Below, one piece after another: positions 1 to 8,720 of a stretch of DNA of 64,000 nucleotides. Made by a program: the position numbers and the translations under genes. Source of the DNA: Pseudomonas aeruginosa PAO1 (GTDB lineage: Bacteria > Pseudomonadota > Gammaproteobacteria > Pseudomonadales > Pseudomonadaceae); the NCBI RefSeq assembly GCF_000006765.1, contig NC_002516.2; one strand, 5' to 3'. The notes under the pieces were generated by a model. That model made no database searches. It was not told the origin of the DNA and saw nothing but the letters and a program-made list of their open reading frames with translations. Numbering within the stretch: the stretch's first letter is position 1; every line of letters starts with the position of its first letter.

Positions 1-554
1 ACGCCGCCGGCCTGTTCGCCTGGACCGACGCCGAGTACGGCTTCTGGTCCTCGCCGTCGAACAAGGAGATCAAGGGCGTCACCGGCACCAGCCGTCCGGT
101 GGAGTTCCTCGACGGCGATGAGACCTGTCGCGCCAACCTGCTCAACAACGCCAATATCGCGACGATCATTCGCGACGATGGCTATCGCCTGTGGGGCAAC
201 CGCACCTTGTCCAGCGACAGCAAGTGGGCTTTCGTCACCCGTGTTCGGACCATGGACCTGGTAATGGATGCGATCCTCGCCGGGCACAAGTGGGCGGTGG
301 ACCGCGGCATCACCAAGACCTACGTGAAGGATGTCACCGAGGGCCTGCGCGCCTTCATGCGCGATCTGAAGAACCAGGGAGCGGTGATCAACTTCGAGGT
401 CTATGCCGACCCGGACCTGAACAGCGCCAGCCAGCTGGCCCAGGGCAAGGTGTACTGGAACATCCGCTTCACCGATGTGCCGCCTGCCGAGAACCCCAAT
501 TTCCGTGTCGAGGTGACCGATCAGTGGCTCACCGAAGTTCTGGATGTCGCCTAA
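1..554 (+). CDS. Contractile tail sheath protein (5'-truncated by window edge)
   Basis: Frame open from position 3 (AAGLFAWTDAEYGFWSSPSNKEIKG...); C-terminal GYRLWGNRT sheath motif. Confidence 0.93.
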   Translation, partial: AAGLFAWTDAEYGFWSSPSNKEIKGVTGTSRPVEFLDGDETCRANLLNNANIATIIRDDGYRLWGNRTLSSDSKWAFVTRVRTMDLVMDAILAGHKWAVDRGITKTYVKDVTEGLRAFMRDLKNQGAVINFEVYADPDLNSASQLAQGKVYWNIRFTDVPPAENPNFRVEVTDQWLTEVLDVA

Positions 555-563
555 GGAGCGCCC

Positions 564-1070
564 GTGATGATTCCGCAAACCCTGACCAATACCAACCTGT
601 TCATCGACGGCGTGAGCTTCGCCGGTGACGTGCCATCCCTGACCCTGCCCAAGCTGGCTGTGAAGACCGAGCAATACCGTGCCGGCGGCATGGATGCGCC
701 GGTATCCATCGACATGGGCCTGGAGGCGATGGAGGCCAAGTTCTCCACCAACGGTGCCCGCCGAGAAGCGCTGAATTTCTTCGGCCTGGCCGACCAGAGC
801 GCTTTCAATGGCGTGTTCCGTGGCTCCTTCAAGGGCCAGAAGGGCGCCAGCGTGCCAGTGGTGGCTACCCTGCGCGGCCTGCTCAAGGAGGTCGACCCGG
901 GCGACTGGAAAGCCGGCGAGAAAGCCGAGTTCAAGTACGCCGTTGCGGTCAGCTACTACAAGCTGGAAGTCGATGGCCGCGAGGTCTACGAGATCGATCC
1001 GGTCAACGGTGTCCGCGCGATCAACGGTGTCGACCAGTTGGCCGGCATGCGCAACGACCTCGGCCTGTAA
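564..1070 (+). CDS. Tail tube protein (P2 FII-like), 168 aa
   Basis: LPKL...YRAGGMDAPV tube signature; SD AAGGAG; follows the sheath gene. Confidence 0.93.
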   Translation: MMIPQTLTNTNLFIDGVSFAGDVPSLTLPKLAVKTEQYRAGGMDAPVSIDMGLEAMEAKFSTNGARREALNFFGLADQSAFNGVFRGSFKGQKGASVPVVATLRGLLKEVDPGDWKAGEKAEFKYAVAVSYYKLEVDGREVYEIDPVNGVRAINGVDQLAGMRNDLGL

Positions 1071-1084
1071 GAGGAGCTCCGGAC

Positions 1085-1429
1085 ATGACCCAAGAGAATC
1101 GACTGCCGGGCTGGCTGACGCTGGATGCCGACGCCGCCCTCGTTCGTCTCTCGCGTCCGGCACAGTGCAACGGGGTCAGCGTCGACACGCTGACCCTGCG
1201 TGCACCCACCGTGCGTGATATCCGCCTGGCCGGCAAGGTGGCCGGCGACGATGCCGAGGAGCGCGAACTGCAACTGTTCGCCTCGCTGGCGCAGGTCAGC
1301 CGCCAGGACCTGGAGGGGCTGAAGCTGAGCGACTACCAGCGGCTGCAAGGCGCCTACTTTCGCCTGGTGCAAGACGACACGGACGACACCTTCGCGTATG
1401 CGTCAACTGGCGAGGCGCCTGGCCATTGA
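1085..1429 (+). CDS. Tail assembly chaperone (P2 gpE-like), 114 aa
   Basis: LTLRAPTVRD...LFASLA...DYQRLQ motif; lies between tube and tape measure genes. Confidence 0.88.
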   Translation: MTQENRLPGWLTLDADAALVRLSRPAQCNGVSVDTLTLRAPTVRDIRLAGKVAGDDAEERELQLFASLAQVSRQDLEGLKLSDYQRLQGAYFRLVQDDTDDTFAYASTGEAPGH

Positions 1430-1508
1430 GCTGGGCTTCCAGGCCTGCGAACTGGAGCGCATGACCCTGGGCGACCTGCTCTGGTGGCTCGCCGAGGGCG
1501 AGGAGTGA
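1398..1508 (+). CDS. Small gpE'-like tail chaperone extension, MRQLARRLAIELGFQACELERMTLGDLLWWLAEGEE (36 aa); not in ORF track
   Basis: Read directly from sequence; +1 frame relative to 1085..1429, open from 1329; position and the E-x-x-x-M-T-L-x-D-L-L-W-W pattern resemble P2 gpE'. Confidence 0.65.
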   Translation: MRQLARRLAIELGFQACELERMTLGDLLWWLAEGEE

Positions 1509-1598
1509 GCGACGGCGCCGTCCGCCAGGCGAGCGGCGCCCGCGCTACTTCAGTAGGTCCGCGGAGGCGGACATCGATAACAGACGAGACGAACCGTC

Positions 1599-3836
1599 AT
1601 GAGTAAAGACATGGACCTGGTGGTCTCCATCGGCGGCATCGCCGACCCCTCCTTGGGCAAGGCATTCGAGACCGTCAAGGCACGGCTCGACAGTCTCCAG
1701 GAACGTGCCCGCCAGGCTTCCAGCCTGAGGGATGTGCTGGGAGACGCCATACGCCTGGAGCGAGAGCTCGCCGATATGCGCAAGGTCGGGGATCGCGGCG
1801 TTGCTGAGCATGCCCGGCAGCTTGGCGAACGCCAGGAGCAACTGAAGCGACTCGGCATCGAGGCCAGGGCCGCGGGCGATGCCTACGCTCGACTGGGCGA
1901 GATGCAGCGTGGCCTGGATATGCAGGTCCGCGGCCTGCAACGGCTGGAGCAGGCCAGCCAGGCAATGCCATTGGCTAGCGCATTTTCCGGACTGGTCGTG
2001 GAAGCCAGCAAGACGGCTGCCGGTTATCAAGCGCGGTTGCGCGACCTGTCGATCCGCAACGGCCTGGACGTCGGCCGGGAGCCAGCCTTGGCATCCCTGA
2101 TCCAGGACAGCGCCAACCAGAGCGGCCTGGGACGCACGGTGACGCTGGACATGCTGGAGCACTTGAACGCCACCGGCATGGGGTTCGCCGCCGCGCAAAT
2201 GAATCTGGGACTGGCGGGCCGCTTCGGCTTTGGCCAAGGGATTGCTTCAGCCGAGGTTGCGGGGCTGGTTCGAGCGTTGCAACTGGCCCAGGGTTCGGAC
2301 TCGCCAGAGCAATTGTCCGCCACCCTCGACCGCCTGGTCGTCCTGGGTAAAGGCAGAGTCGGCAGTGAGGCCCTGGCGCGTCGCCTGCCCGCCTTGTTGT
2401 CAGCGCTGGGCAATGCGGGAGAGGCCACGGCCGGCGATGTCGGTGCATTGGGTGCCTTGCTGGAGATTCAGGCAAAGAACACCACGCCAGACAAAGCGGA
2501 CGTGCGGATGAAGGCCTGGCTGGAGTTCGTCGGCAGCGGCAGCTTGAAACGCGCTTATGGCCAGGACTACGACCGGGACCTGGAAGCGCTGCGCAAGGAC
2601 GGAGCGAGTCTGCTGGAGGCCAACCTGGAGCTGGCTGCGCGCTATCGGGATAAGGGCGGCAAGCTCAGCGCCGGCGTGGCGTCGCCGGCGCTTGAAGCCT
2701 ATCGAGCGTCGCGCGGCGAGTTCCAGGGCTTGCTCGAATCCCAGCAGTCTTCCGTAGGCTCTTCGGAGCGCGATGCGCAGCGTCGCAAGGGGATGTCCCA
2801 GGAGCTGTGGAAGGCTTCCAGCGACAGTTGGGAGAGGGCGCAGACCGCTTTGGGCAGCGCCCTGAATCCATATCTGGACAACCTGGCCAAGGGGAGCGCG
2901 GTACTCGGCGAGTCGACTGCGGAGCTGCTCGAAGCCTATCCGCGGACGACGGCCGGTCTTACCGCCGCCGCAGGTGCGGTGTTATCCGGGTATCTCGCCT
3001 ACAAGGGAGGGCGCGGCGCTATCGACGTGCTGCGTGGCGGTCGGCTCGGTCGGCGAGGGACCGCTGCCGTCGGCGACCTGATCGAACGGGGTGCAGGCCG
3101 GGTATCGGGTGGTAGCGAAATACAGCGCGTGTTCGTTACCAACTGGCCGGTGCCGGGAGGCGACTCTACGCTGGAGTCCGCGAGGAGGCCAGCACAACGA
3201 AAGCGCGGTCAAACACCACGCAGGAAGAGAGGCAAGGGCGGTGGGCTGAAGGCCCGCTCCCTTCCATCCCTTGGCTTCTCGGCTGGAGGAGGCTTGGGGG
3301 CGATGGCAGGAAAGCTGCCGCGCCTGTCGCGTTTGCCCATACGCAACGCGCCGCTGCAAGTGGCCTCGTCGTTGATCGATGTTGCTGAGGTCTACTCCAG
3401 CGACCTGTCGGAGAGCGAAAAGACCGTTGCCTATGGCGAGGCAGGTGGCTCCCTGGCTGGTTCCCTGGCTGGCGCCGCTCTGGGAGCGAGCATCGGCTCG
3501 GTGGTGCCGGTGGTCGGTACGCTGATCGGTGGATTGGTTGGCGGCGCTATCGGCGCCTGGGGCGGTAGCGAACTGGGGGGGCGCCTGGGGCGCAGTCTGG
3601 CTGGCGATCCGCCGGCGGCCTCGGACAACAAGCCGGCGGTGGCCGTACCACAGGCCGGACCCGTCGCGGCTGCGCCCAACTGGACCTTCGCGCCGCAGAT
3701 CAACCTGACGGTGCAAGGCAACGTGCACGAGCCGCAGCGCCTGGCCGACGAGTTGCTGCCCTACCTGCAACGCATGCTTGTCGACTTCGCCGACGAGCGG
3801 CAGCGGCGCAGCCTCTACGACCCGGCGATGGTTTAA
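1599..3836 (+). CDS. R-pyocin tape measure protein, 745 aa
   Basis: Long Ala/Gly-rich helical protein after the chaperones; C-terminal GASIGSVVPVVGTLIGGLVGG hydrophobic segment. Confidence 0.88.
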   Translation: MSKDMDLVVSIGGIADPSLGKAFETVKARLDSLQERARQASSLRDVLGDAIRLERELADMRKVGDRGVAEHARQLGERQEQLKRLGIEARAAGDAYARLGEMQRGLDMQVRGLQRLEQASQAMPLASAFSGLVVEASKTAAGYQARLRDLSIRNGLDVGREPALASLIQDSANQSGLGRTVTLDMLEHLNATGMGFAAAQMNLGLAGRFGFGQGIASAEVAGLVRALQLAQGSDSPEQLSATLDRLVVLGKGRVGSEALARRLPALLSALGNAGEATAGDVGALGALLEIQAKNTTPDKADVRMKAWLEFVGSGSLKRAYGQDYDRDLEALRKDGASLLEANLELAARYRDKGGKLSAGVASPALEAYRASRGEFQGLLESQQSSVGSSERDAQRRKGMSQELWKASSDSWERAQTALGSALNPYLDNLAKGSAVLGESTAELLEAYPRTTAGLTAAAGAVLSGYLAYKGGRGAIDVLRGGRLGRRGTAAVGDLIERGAGRVSGGSEIQRVFVTNWPVPGGDSTLESARRPAQRKRGQTPRRKRGKGGGLKARSLPSLGFSAGGGLGAMAGKLPRLSRLPIRNAPLQVASSLIDVAEVYSSDLSESEKTVAYGEAGGSLAGSLAGAALGASIGSVVPVVGTLIGGLVGGAIGAWGGSELGGRLGRSLAGDPPAASDNKPAVAVPQAGPVAAAPNWTFAPQINLTVQGNVHEPQRLADELLPYLQRMLVDFADERQRRSLYDPAMV

Positions 3837-3845
3837 GGAGTCCCC

Positions 3846-4718
3846 ATGGCATATCTGGAACAATTGCAGGCCGGCCTGAGGTACCTGGGTCGCGCCGGCG
3901 AGTCCGGACGCAAGAGTCTGGACAAGGTGGTCGCTCCGGTGAACGGCGCGATCAGCGAGATCCGCGGCGCAGCCGCGGAGCTGGAGAACCTGCCCGGCGT
4001 ATCGCCGGAAATGGCTGCCCGGCTGCAGCGTGCCATGCGCGGCATCGGCCAGGCGCAGGGCAAGGTGAACCGCGTGGTCTCCACCTATGACCGGGCGAGC
4101 CGGGCGTTGCTTGGTATCGACGAACGCCTGGATGCGCTGAAGGTGCAGGTGAACAGTGCCGCGCAGGCGGTCGGCAAGGTCGCTGGCGACATCAGTCCGA
4201 CGCTGGCGGGGGTGCTGCCGTCGTGGCTGCTGGCACCCTCGGCGACGCCCCCGAGCGAGGCCGCAGCGTCCTTGCCGCACCTGCTGGTACTGCAGCCGCT
4301 GACCGCCAATGCCCAACCGTTCTACTTCAACCTGAATACTGCCGCCTTCGACGCCCTGCAGCGCAACAGTGCCTACAACTGGAGCGGGCAGGTGCGCCTG
4401 GGTCGGCGGCCGGCGCTGCAGAGCGTCGGCATGGGCGAGGAGAGCATCCTGCTCAAGGGTGCGGTATTCCCGCTGCGTCGACAGGTAGGTAACCAGGAAA
4501 AGGTCGTCGGTCTGGAGCAGCTCGAAGCGCTGCGCCGGTTGGCGGAGCGGCGTGAGCCGCTGATCCTGAGCAGCGGCTACGGCGAGGTGCAGATGGGCCT
4601 CTGGTGTCTGGTGCGGATCAGCGAGAACCAGAGCGCCCTACTGGGCAACGGCGCTCCCCGCAAACAAACCTTCGACCTGGAGTTCAAGCGCTATGGCGAC
4701 GACCTGCCGAACCGCTGA
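3846..4718 (+). CDS. Tail protein with C-terminal P2 gpU-like domain, 290 aa
   Basis: YFNLNTAAFDALQR...LQSVGMGEESILLKG gpU-like motif. Confidence 0.82.
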   Translation: MAYLEQLQAGLRYLGRAGESGRKSLDKVVAPVNGAISEIRGAAAELENLPGVSPEMAARLQRAMRGIGQAQGKVNRVVSTYDRASRALLGIDERLDALKVQVNSAAQAVGKVAGDISPTLAGVLPSWLLAPSATPPSEAAASLPHLLVLQPLTANAQPFYFNLNTAAFDALQRNSAYNWSGQVRLGRRPALQSVGMGEESILLKGAVFPLRRQVGNQEKVVGLEQLEALRRLAERREPLILSSGYGEVQMGLWCLVRISENQSALLGNGAPRKQTFDLEFKRYGDDLPNR

Positions 4719-4899
4719 CGGCGACATGCTGGACAGCCTCTGCTACCACGTCTATGGCCATCTGTTGGGCTGCGTCGAGGCGACCCTCGACGCCAATCCC
4801 GGGCTGGCCGATGAGCAGCAGCCATTCCGCGCCGGCTTGCTGATCAGTTTCCCTGACATGCCGGTGGTCAATGTCGAACAGGTGCGCCTGTGGGATTGA
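4693..4899 (+). CDS. P2 gpX-like tail protein (LysM-like), 68 aa
   Basis: GDMLDSLCYHVYG...LDANPGLA...VRLWD is the typical tail X pattern. Confidence 0.88.
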   Translation: MATTCRTADGDMLDSLCYHVYGHLLGCVEATLDANPGLADEQQPFRAGLLISFPDMPVVNVEQVRLWD

Positions 4900-4915
4900 T
4901 CGACCGCTCACCCGC

Positions 4916-4938
4916 AACCCCGCCTTGGCGGGGTTTTT
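4916..4938 (+). terminator. Intrinsic terminator-like hairpin inside the pyocin operon
   Basis: AACCCCGCC-TT-GGCGGGGTT followed by TTTCTTTT. Confidence 0.65.
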
Positions 4939-4956
4939 CTTTTCTGGAGAAACCAG

Positions 4957-5946
4957 GTGCAACCGAGTTTCCGTATCGTTGCCGACGGCACCGACGTCAC
5001 CCAGCGGCTGAATGACCGCCTGCTCAAGCTGACCCTGCTGGACAAGCCGGGCATGGAGTCCGACAGCCTGACCTTGAGGATCGACGATCGCGATGGACAG
5101 GTGGCCTTACCCAGGCGCGGTGCGGTGCTGGAGGTTCATCTCGGCTATGCCGGCGAGCCACTGATGCGCATGGGACGCTTTACCGTGGACACCTTGCAGT
5201 GGGCTGGTCCGCCGGACTGCCTGACCGTCACTGCCAAGGCCGGCGACATGCGCGGCAGTGGCAAGACGATACGCAGCGGAGGTTGGGAGGGCACTACCCT
5301 GGCTCAGGTCTGCCGCGATGTTGGCGCACGCAACGGCTGGCGCGTGGAGTGTCCGTTGCAGGTGGCGATCGCCCGGGTCGACCAGGTCAATGAGTCCGAC
5401 TACCACTTCGTCACCCGTCTGGCGCGCCAGTACGACTGCACCGCCAAGCTGGCCGAGGGCATGCTCATGGTGCTGCCGCGACAGAGCGGGCAGAGCGCCA
5501 CGGGGCGTCGGATCGAACCTTTGGTGTTGGGACGTGCTGACGTCGGTAGCTTCGACGTTACCTTCGACGACCGCAGCCTGATGAGAACGGTGAAGACCCG
5601 CTACCAATTGCCCGGCAGCGGCGAGGTCAAGAGCGTCGAGTTGAAGAACCCGAAGGCACCGGCTACGGCTATGGGCGAGCATGTCGACCGGCACCTCTAT
5701 ACCAGCCGTGGAGAGGCCGAGCAGGCGGCGAAGGCTCGCCTGGCGAGCTTCAGCCGCTCCAGCGCCAGTGTGCGCCTGGAACTGCCAGGGCGTGGCGACC
5801 TGTTCGCCGAGCGCAGCCTGCTGCTCCAAGGCTTCAAGGCGGGAATCGACGGCGAGTTCCTGATCGACTCGGTGGAGCACACCTACAGCTCCAGCGGATG
5901 GACCACTGTCGTGCAATGCAACGGCGGCCGAGGCGGCAAGGGGTGA
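4957..5946 (+). CDS. Baseplate hub / late control protein (P2 gpD-like), 329 aa
   Basis: GTG start after GGAGA; QVNESDYHFVTRLARQYD gpD motif. Confidence 0.88.
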   Translation: MQPSFRIVADGTDVTQRLNDRLLKLTLLDKPGMESDSLTLRIDDRDGQVALPRRGAVLEVHLGYAGEPLMRMGRFTVDTLQWAGPPDCLTVTAKAGDMRGSGKTIRSGGWEGTTLAQVCRDVGARNGWRVECPLQVAIARVDQVNESDYHFVTRLARQYDCTAKLAEGMLMVLPRQSGQSATGRRIEPLVLGRADVGSFDVTFDDRSLMRTVKTRYQLPGSGEVKSVELKNPKAPATAMGEHVDRHLYTSRGEAEQAAKARLASFSRSSASVRLELPGRGDLFAERSLLLQGFKAGIDGEFLIDSVEHTYSSSGWTTVVQCNGGRGGKG

Positions 5947-5978
5947 CGCCTGAAACCCATCGGAGTGCAGGAGGATCG

Positions 5979-6608
5979 ATGAAACTGACCGAGCAGCAAT
6001 TGCTGCGCATTTTTCCCAACGCCCGCCTCGTCGCGGGCGTTTTCGTTGTGGCGTTGCAACGGGCCATGGACGAGAGGGAGATCGACACACCGGCGCGGCG
6101 TGCCGCGTTTCTCGCCCAGGTCGGCCACGAAAGCAGCCAGTTGACCCGGCTGGTGGAGAACCTCAATTACAGCGCCCAAGGCTTGGCGGCGACCTGGCCG
6201 GGTCGCTATCTCGGCCCCGACGGGCAGCCCAACGCGTTGGCCTTGCGGCTGGCGCGCAATCCGCAGGCGATTGCCGACAACACCTACGCCACGCGCAACG
6301 GCAATGGCGACGAAGCGTCCGGCGATGGCTGGCGCTTCCGCGGGCGTGGCTTGCTACAAATCACCGGGCGTGCCAACTACCGGTTGGTCGGCGAGGCCCT
6401 CGGCGAGCCGCTGGAAGCCGAGCCCTGGCGCCTGGAGCAGCCCGTGCCGGCGGCCCGCAGCGCCGCCTGGTGGTGGGCCGGTCACGGGCTCAACGAGCTG
6501 GCCGACCGCGGCGAGTTCGCTGCCATCACCCGCCGCATTAACGGCGGCCTGAATGGCCAGGCGGAGCGCCTGGCGTTGTGGCAGCGGGCCAGGGCGGTGC
6601 TGTCATGA
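5979..6608 (+). CDS. Pyocin endolysin, glycoside hydrolase family 19, 209 aa
   Basis: AAFLAQVGHES...ENLNYS, FRGRGLLQITGRANY, ITRRINGG; ATG 5979 after GGAGG. Confidence 0.92.
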   Translation: MKLTEQQLLRIFPNARLVAGVFVVALQRAMDEREIDTPARRAAFLAQVGHESSQLTRLVENLNYSAQGLAATWPGRYLGPDGQPNALALRLARNPQAIADNTYATRNGNGDEASGDGWRFRGRGLLQITGRANYRLVGEALGEPLEAEPWRLEQPVPAARSAAWWWAGHGLNELADRGEFAAITRRINGGLNGQAERLALWQRARAVLS

Positions 6609-6967
6609 GCCGGCTCGCTCTGCTCCTGCCGGCCGTGTTGTTGGTCCTGCTGGCCGGCGCCTTGCTCGGCGGCGGCCTGGTTGCCCGCCATTATCGTCCG
6701 CAACTGGAGGAGGCCCTGGGACAACTCACTGCCAGCCGCGTCGCCAGCGGCCAGCTCGAGGCTTTGCTCGATGAGCAGCAGCGCGCGCTGGCGGCGGTGC
6801 GGGCGAGCGCCGAGAGGCGCGCGAAGGACGTCGAGCAGGCACTCGGCGAGGCCAGGGCGCAGGCCGCGGAGCAGTATGCCGCGGCCGTGCGTCTGCTCCA
6901 AGAACCCGACTTTGGCACGGACTGCCAGGCGGCAGGTGCGGCGATCGACCGGGAGCTGGGACTATGA
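6605..6967 (+). CDS. Inner-membrane spanin (Rz-like), 120 aa
   Basis: N-terminal TM helix then coiled coil; ATGA overlap with the lysin stop. Confidence 0.75.
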   Translation: MSRLALLLPAVLLVLLAGALLGGGLVARHYRPQLEEALGQLTASRVASGQLEALLDEQQRALAAVRASAERRAKDVEQALGEARAQAAEQYAAAVRLLQEPDFGTDCQAAGAAIDRELGL

Positions 6968-7221
6968 CTCGTCTCCTGCTGGGGCTTTGTCTGCTTTTCG
7001 CGGGCTGCGCAGCCTCACCGACGACACCTCGCCCAGTGCGCGTCGAGGTTCCCCTGGCAGTGCCCTGCCGTGTACCTGACGTGCGCCCGCCGAGCTGGGC
7101 CGGCGCCACGCTGAAGGCCGGCGATTCGCTGCAGGCCAAGGTTCGCGCATTGCTCGCCGAGCGCCGCCAGCGGCAGGGCTACGAACTCGAATTGCAGGCG
7201 GCATTGCGTGCCTGCCGCTGA
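6964..7221 (+). CDS. Outer-membrane spanin lipoprotein (Rz1-like), 85 aa
   Basis: Lipobox LFAGC; Pro-rich mature region. Confidence 0.8.
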   Translation: MTRLLLGLCLLFAGCAASPTTPRPVRVEVPLAVPCRVPDVRPPSWAGATLKAGDSLQAKVRALLAERRQRQGYELELQAALRACR

Positions 7222-7235
7222 GACACTGGGCGCAT

Positions 7236-7286
7236 ATGGACGTCGATGGACGTGTGTCCGGCGCATATTGCCGTGTATTGATTCCG
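7236..7286 (+). promoter_or_regulatory. P-box-like repeats (candidate PrtN-responsive element upstream of the F-pyocin genes)
   Basis: 10-nt units ATGGACGTCG, ATGGACGTGT, ATTGCCGTGT, ATTGATTCCG resemble the ATTGnn(n)GTnn(n) P-box consensus. Confidence 0.5.
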
Positions 7287-7373
7287 CAGCGTTGTCGAGC
7301 CGGGAATCGGTCGGTACAACGTAGTCATGCTTGTACAGGTGTGTCCCCCCAGGGATGTCACCTGCAACCTCAG

Positions 7374-7399
7374 AGCCCGGCCAGTGTGCCGGGCTTTTT
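7374..7399 (+). terminator. Intrinsic terminator in the F-pyocin leader
   Basis: AGCCCGGC-CAGTGT-GCCGGGCT followed by TTTT. Confidence 0.7.
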
Positions 7400-7489
7400 C
7401 GTTTGCATCCGACAACGGCTCGGGACGTGGAGGCTCCTCGCCGACCGCGTACCGCGCCACGGCTGACCGTCCTGGAGGCGGGGCCAGAC

Positions 7490-7512
7490 GACCCGCCTGG
7501 TGCGGGTCTTTT
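7490..7512 (+). terminator. Second terminator-like hairpin before the F major tail gene
   Basis: GACCCGC-CTGGT-GCGGGTC-TTTT. Confidence 0.6.
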
Positions 7513-7536
7513 CATGTGCATAAAGGAGAGTTTTCC

Positions 7537-8031
7537 ATGTCCATCCTGACTCAAGGTACCCAGATCTACGCCCTGGTTCCGCCGGTATCCGGTACCGGTG
7601 CCGCTACCGTCCTGGAGATCGAAGGCGTGACCTCGTTCAACCCGGGCGGCAATCCGGCCGACCAGATCGAAGACCCGTGCCTGAGCGACACTTCGCGCAA
7701 GTACAAGAAAGGCCTGCGCACCCCTGGCCAGGCGACACTCGGCATCAACGCCGATCCACGCCTGGCCAGTCACGTTCGGTTGTTCCAGCTGTCCGAGAAA
7801 GATGGCGAGACGAGCGTCAAGTGGGCCATCGGCTGGTCCGACGGAATCGACGTAAAGCCGACCGTCAGCACCGAAGGCGACGATTTCGTGCTGCCGCCGG
7901 CGCGCACCTGGTTCACCTTCGAAGGCTACGTCAGCGACTTCCCCTTCGATTTCGCCAGCAACACGCTGGTCGCTACCCAGGCCACCATCCAGCGTTCCGG
8001 CGCCGGCAAGTGGACGCCGAAGTCGGCTTGA
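7537..8031 (+). CDS. F-pyocin major tail tube protein, 164 aa
   Basis: ATG 7537 after AAGGAG; [11 protein letters not shown]...GLRTPG...[12 protein letters not shown]. Confidence 0.88.
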
Positions 8032-8042
8032 GGAGCGCGTAG

Positions 8043-8390
8043 ATGAATCTCAACGAACTTCGTGCGGCGGGCGGTTTCATCGAGTCGGCGCTGGTGCGCA
8101 AGGAGATTACCTGGACCCGCGTTCCCGCCGGCAGGAAGAAGGCGGTCAGCGACACCTTCCAGGTGTTCGTCCGACGCAACAGTTTTGGCGCGGTGGAGCG
8201 CCTGTTCTCCGCCGAAGGCGACCAGCAGAGCCGCAACGCGCGCTACCTCGCCGAATGCATTCGCCTGGGCGAGACGGGAGAGGAAAGCCTGACCTACGAA
8301 CAGGCCTACGACCTCGACCCGGCGCTGGGCTTCCTGCTGCTGCAGGCGGTCGGTGAGGTCAACCGGGTCGAGGACGCGGAAAAAAACTGA
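8043..8390 (+). CDS. Tail assembly chaperone (gpG-like), 115 aa
   Basis: Position after the tube gene; ends in slippery A AAA AAC TGA. Confidence 0.87.
   Translation: MNLNELRAAGGFIESALVRKEITWTRVPAGRKKAVSDTFQVFVRRNSFGAVERLFSAEGDQQSRNARYLAECIRLGETGEESLTYEQAYDLDPALGFLLLQAVGEVNRVEDAEKN
8381..8387 (+). other. Programmed -1 ribosomal frameshift heptamer A_AAA_AAC
   Basis: The -1 frame is open (KLTPADEVWHELVLNG...) and joins the 8420..8674 ORF. Confidence 0.85.
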
Positions 8391-8674
8391 CCCCCGCCGA
8401 CGAGGTTTGGCACGAACTGGTGCTGAACGGCGTCGGCGGGTCGACCATTGCCGAGGCCAAGGAGCGGCTCAGCTACGCCGAGTACCGCGCCTGGGTCGCC
8501 TATCTGAACAAGCGCGGCTCGCTCCATCCGGGACACCGGCTGGAGCTTGCGCTGGCTCGGATCGCTGCGTTGCTCGGGCATGCGCTGGGAGCGGACGCCG
8601 ATCCCGACGCGTTCCGTCCGCATATGGCTCTCCAGCCCCTTTCGCTGCACCAGGCGATGGATCAATGGGCATGA
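8387..8674 (+). CDS. gpT-like chaperone extension (C-terminal part of the ~210-aa G-T fusion)
   Basis: In the -1 frame of 8043..8390; no clear SD before GTG 8420. Confidence 0.8.
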   Translation: MTPADEVWHELVLNGVGGSTIAEAKERLSYAEYRAWVAYLNKRGSLHPGHRLELALARIAALLGHALGADADPDAFRPHMALQPLSLHQAMDQWA

Positions 8675-8680
8675 CAGGCC

Positions 8681-8704
8681 ACCCCGCTGCGGCGGGGTCT
8701 TTTT
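8681..8704 (+). terminator. Terminator-like hairpin before the F tape measure gene
   Basis: ACCCCGC-TGCG-GCGGGGT then CTTTTT. Confidence 0.6.
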
Positions 8705-8720
8705 CTGGAAGACATGAATC

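Larger units (their letters stand above)
1..5946 (+). other. R-type pyocin (P2-like contractile tailocin) gene cluster, distal part
   Basis: Sheath, tube, chaperone, tape measure and gpU/gpX/gpD-like genes in P2 order; no head genes in the window. Confidence 0.93.

Noticed and set aside
2982-4316. 444-aa antisense ORF
   Set aside because: Antisense shadow of the tape measure and gpU genes.
7236-7466. 76-aa ORF MDVDGRVSG... (and the extension of the tube ORF to 7327)
   Set aside because: No SD; it starts exactly on the P-box-like repeats and runs through a strong terminator. A regulatory reading explains the region better.
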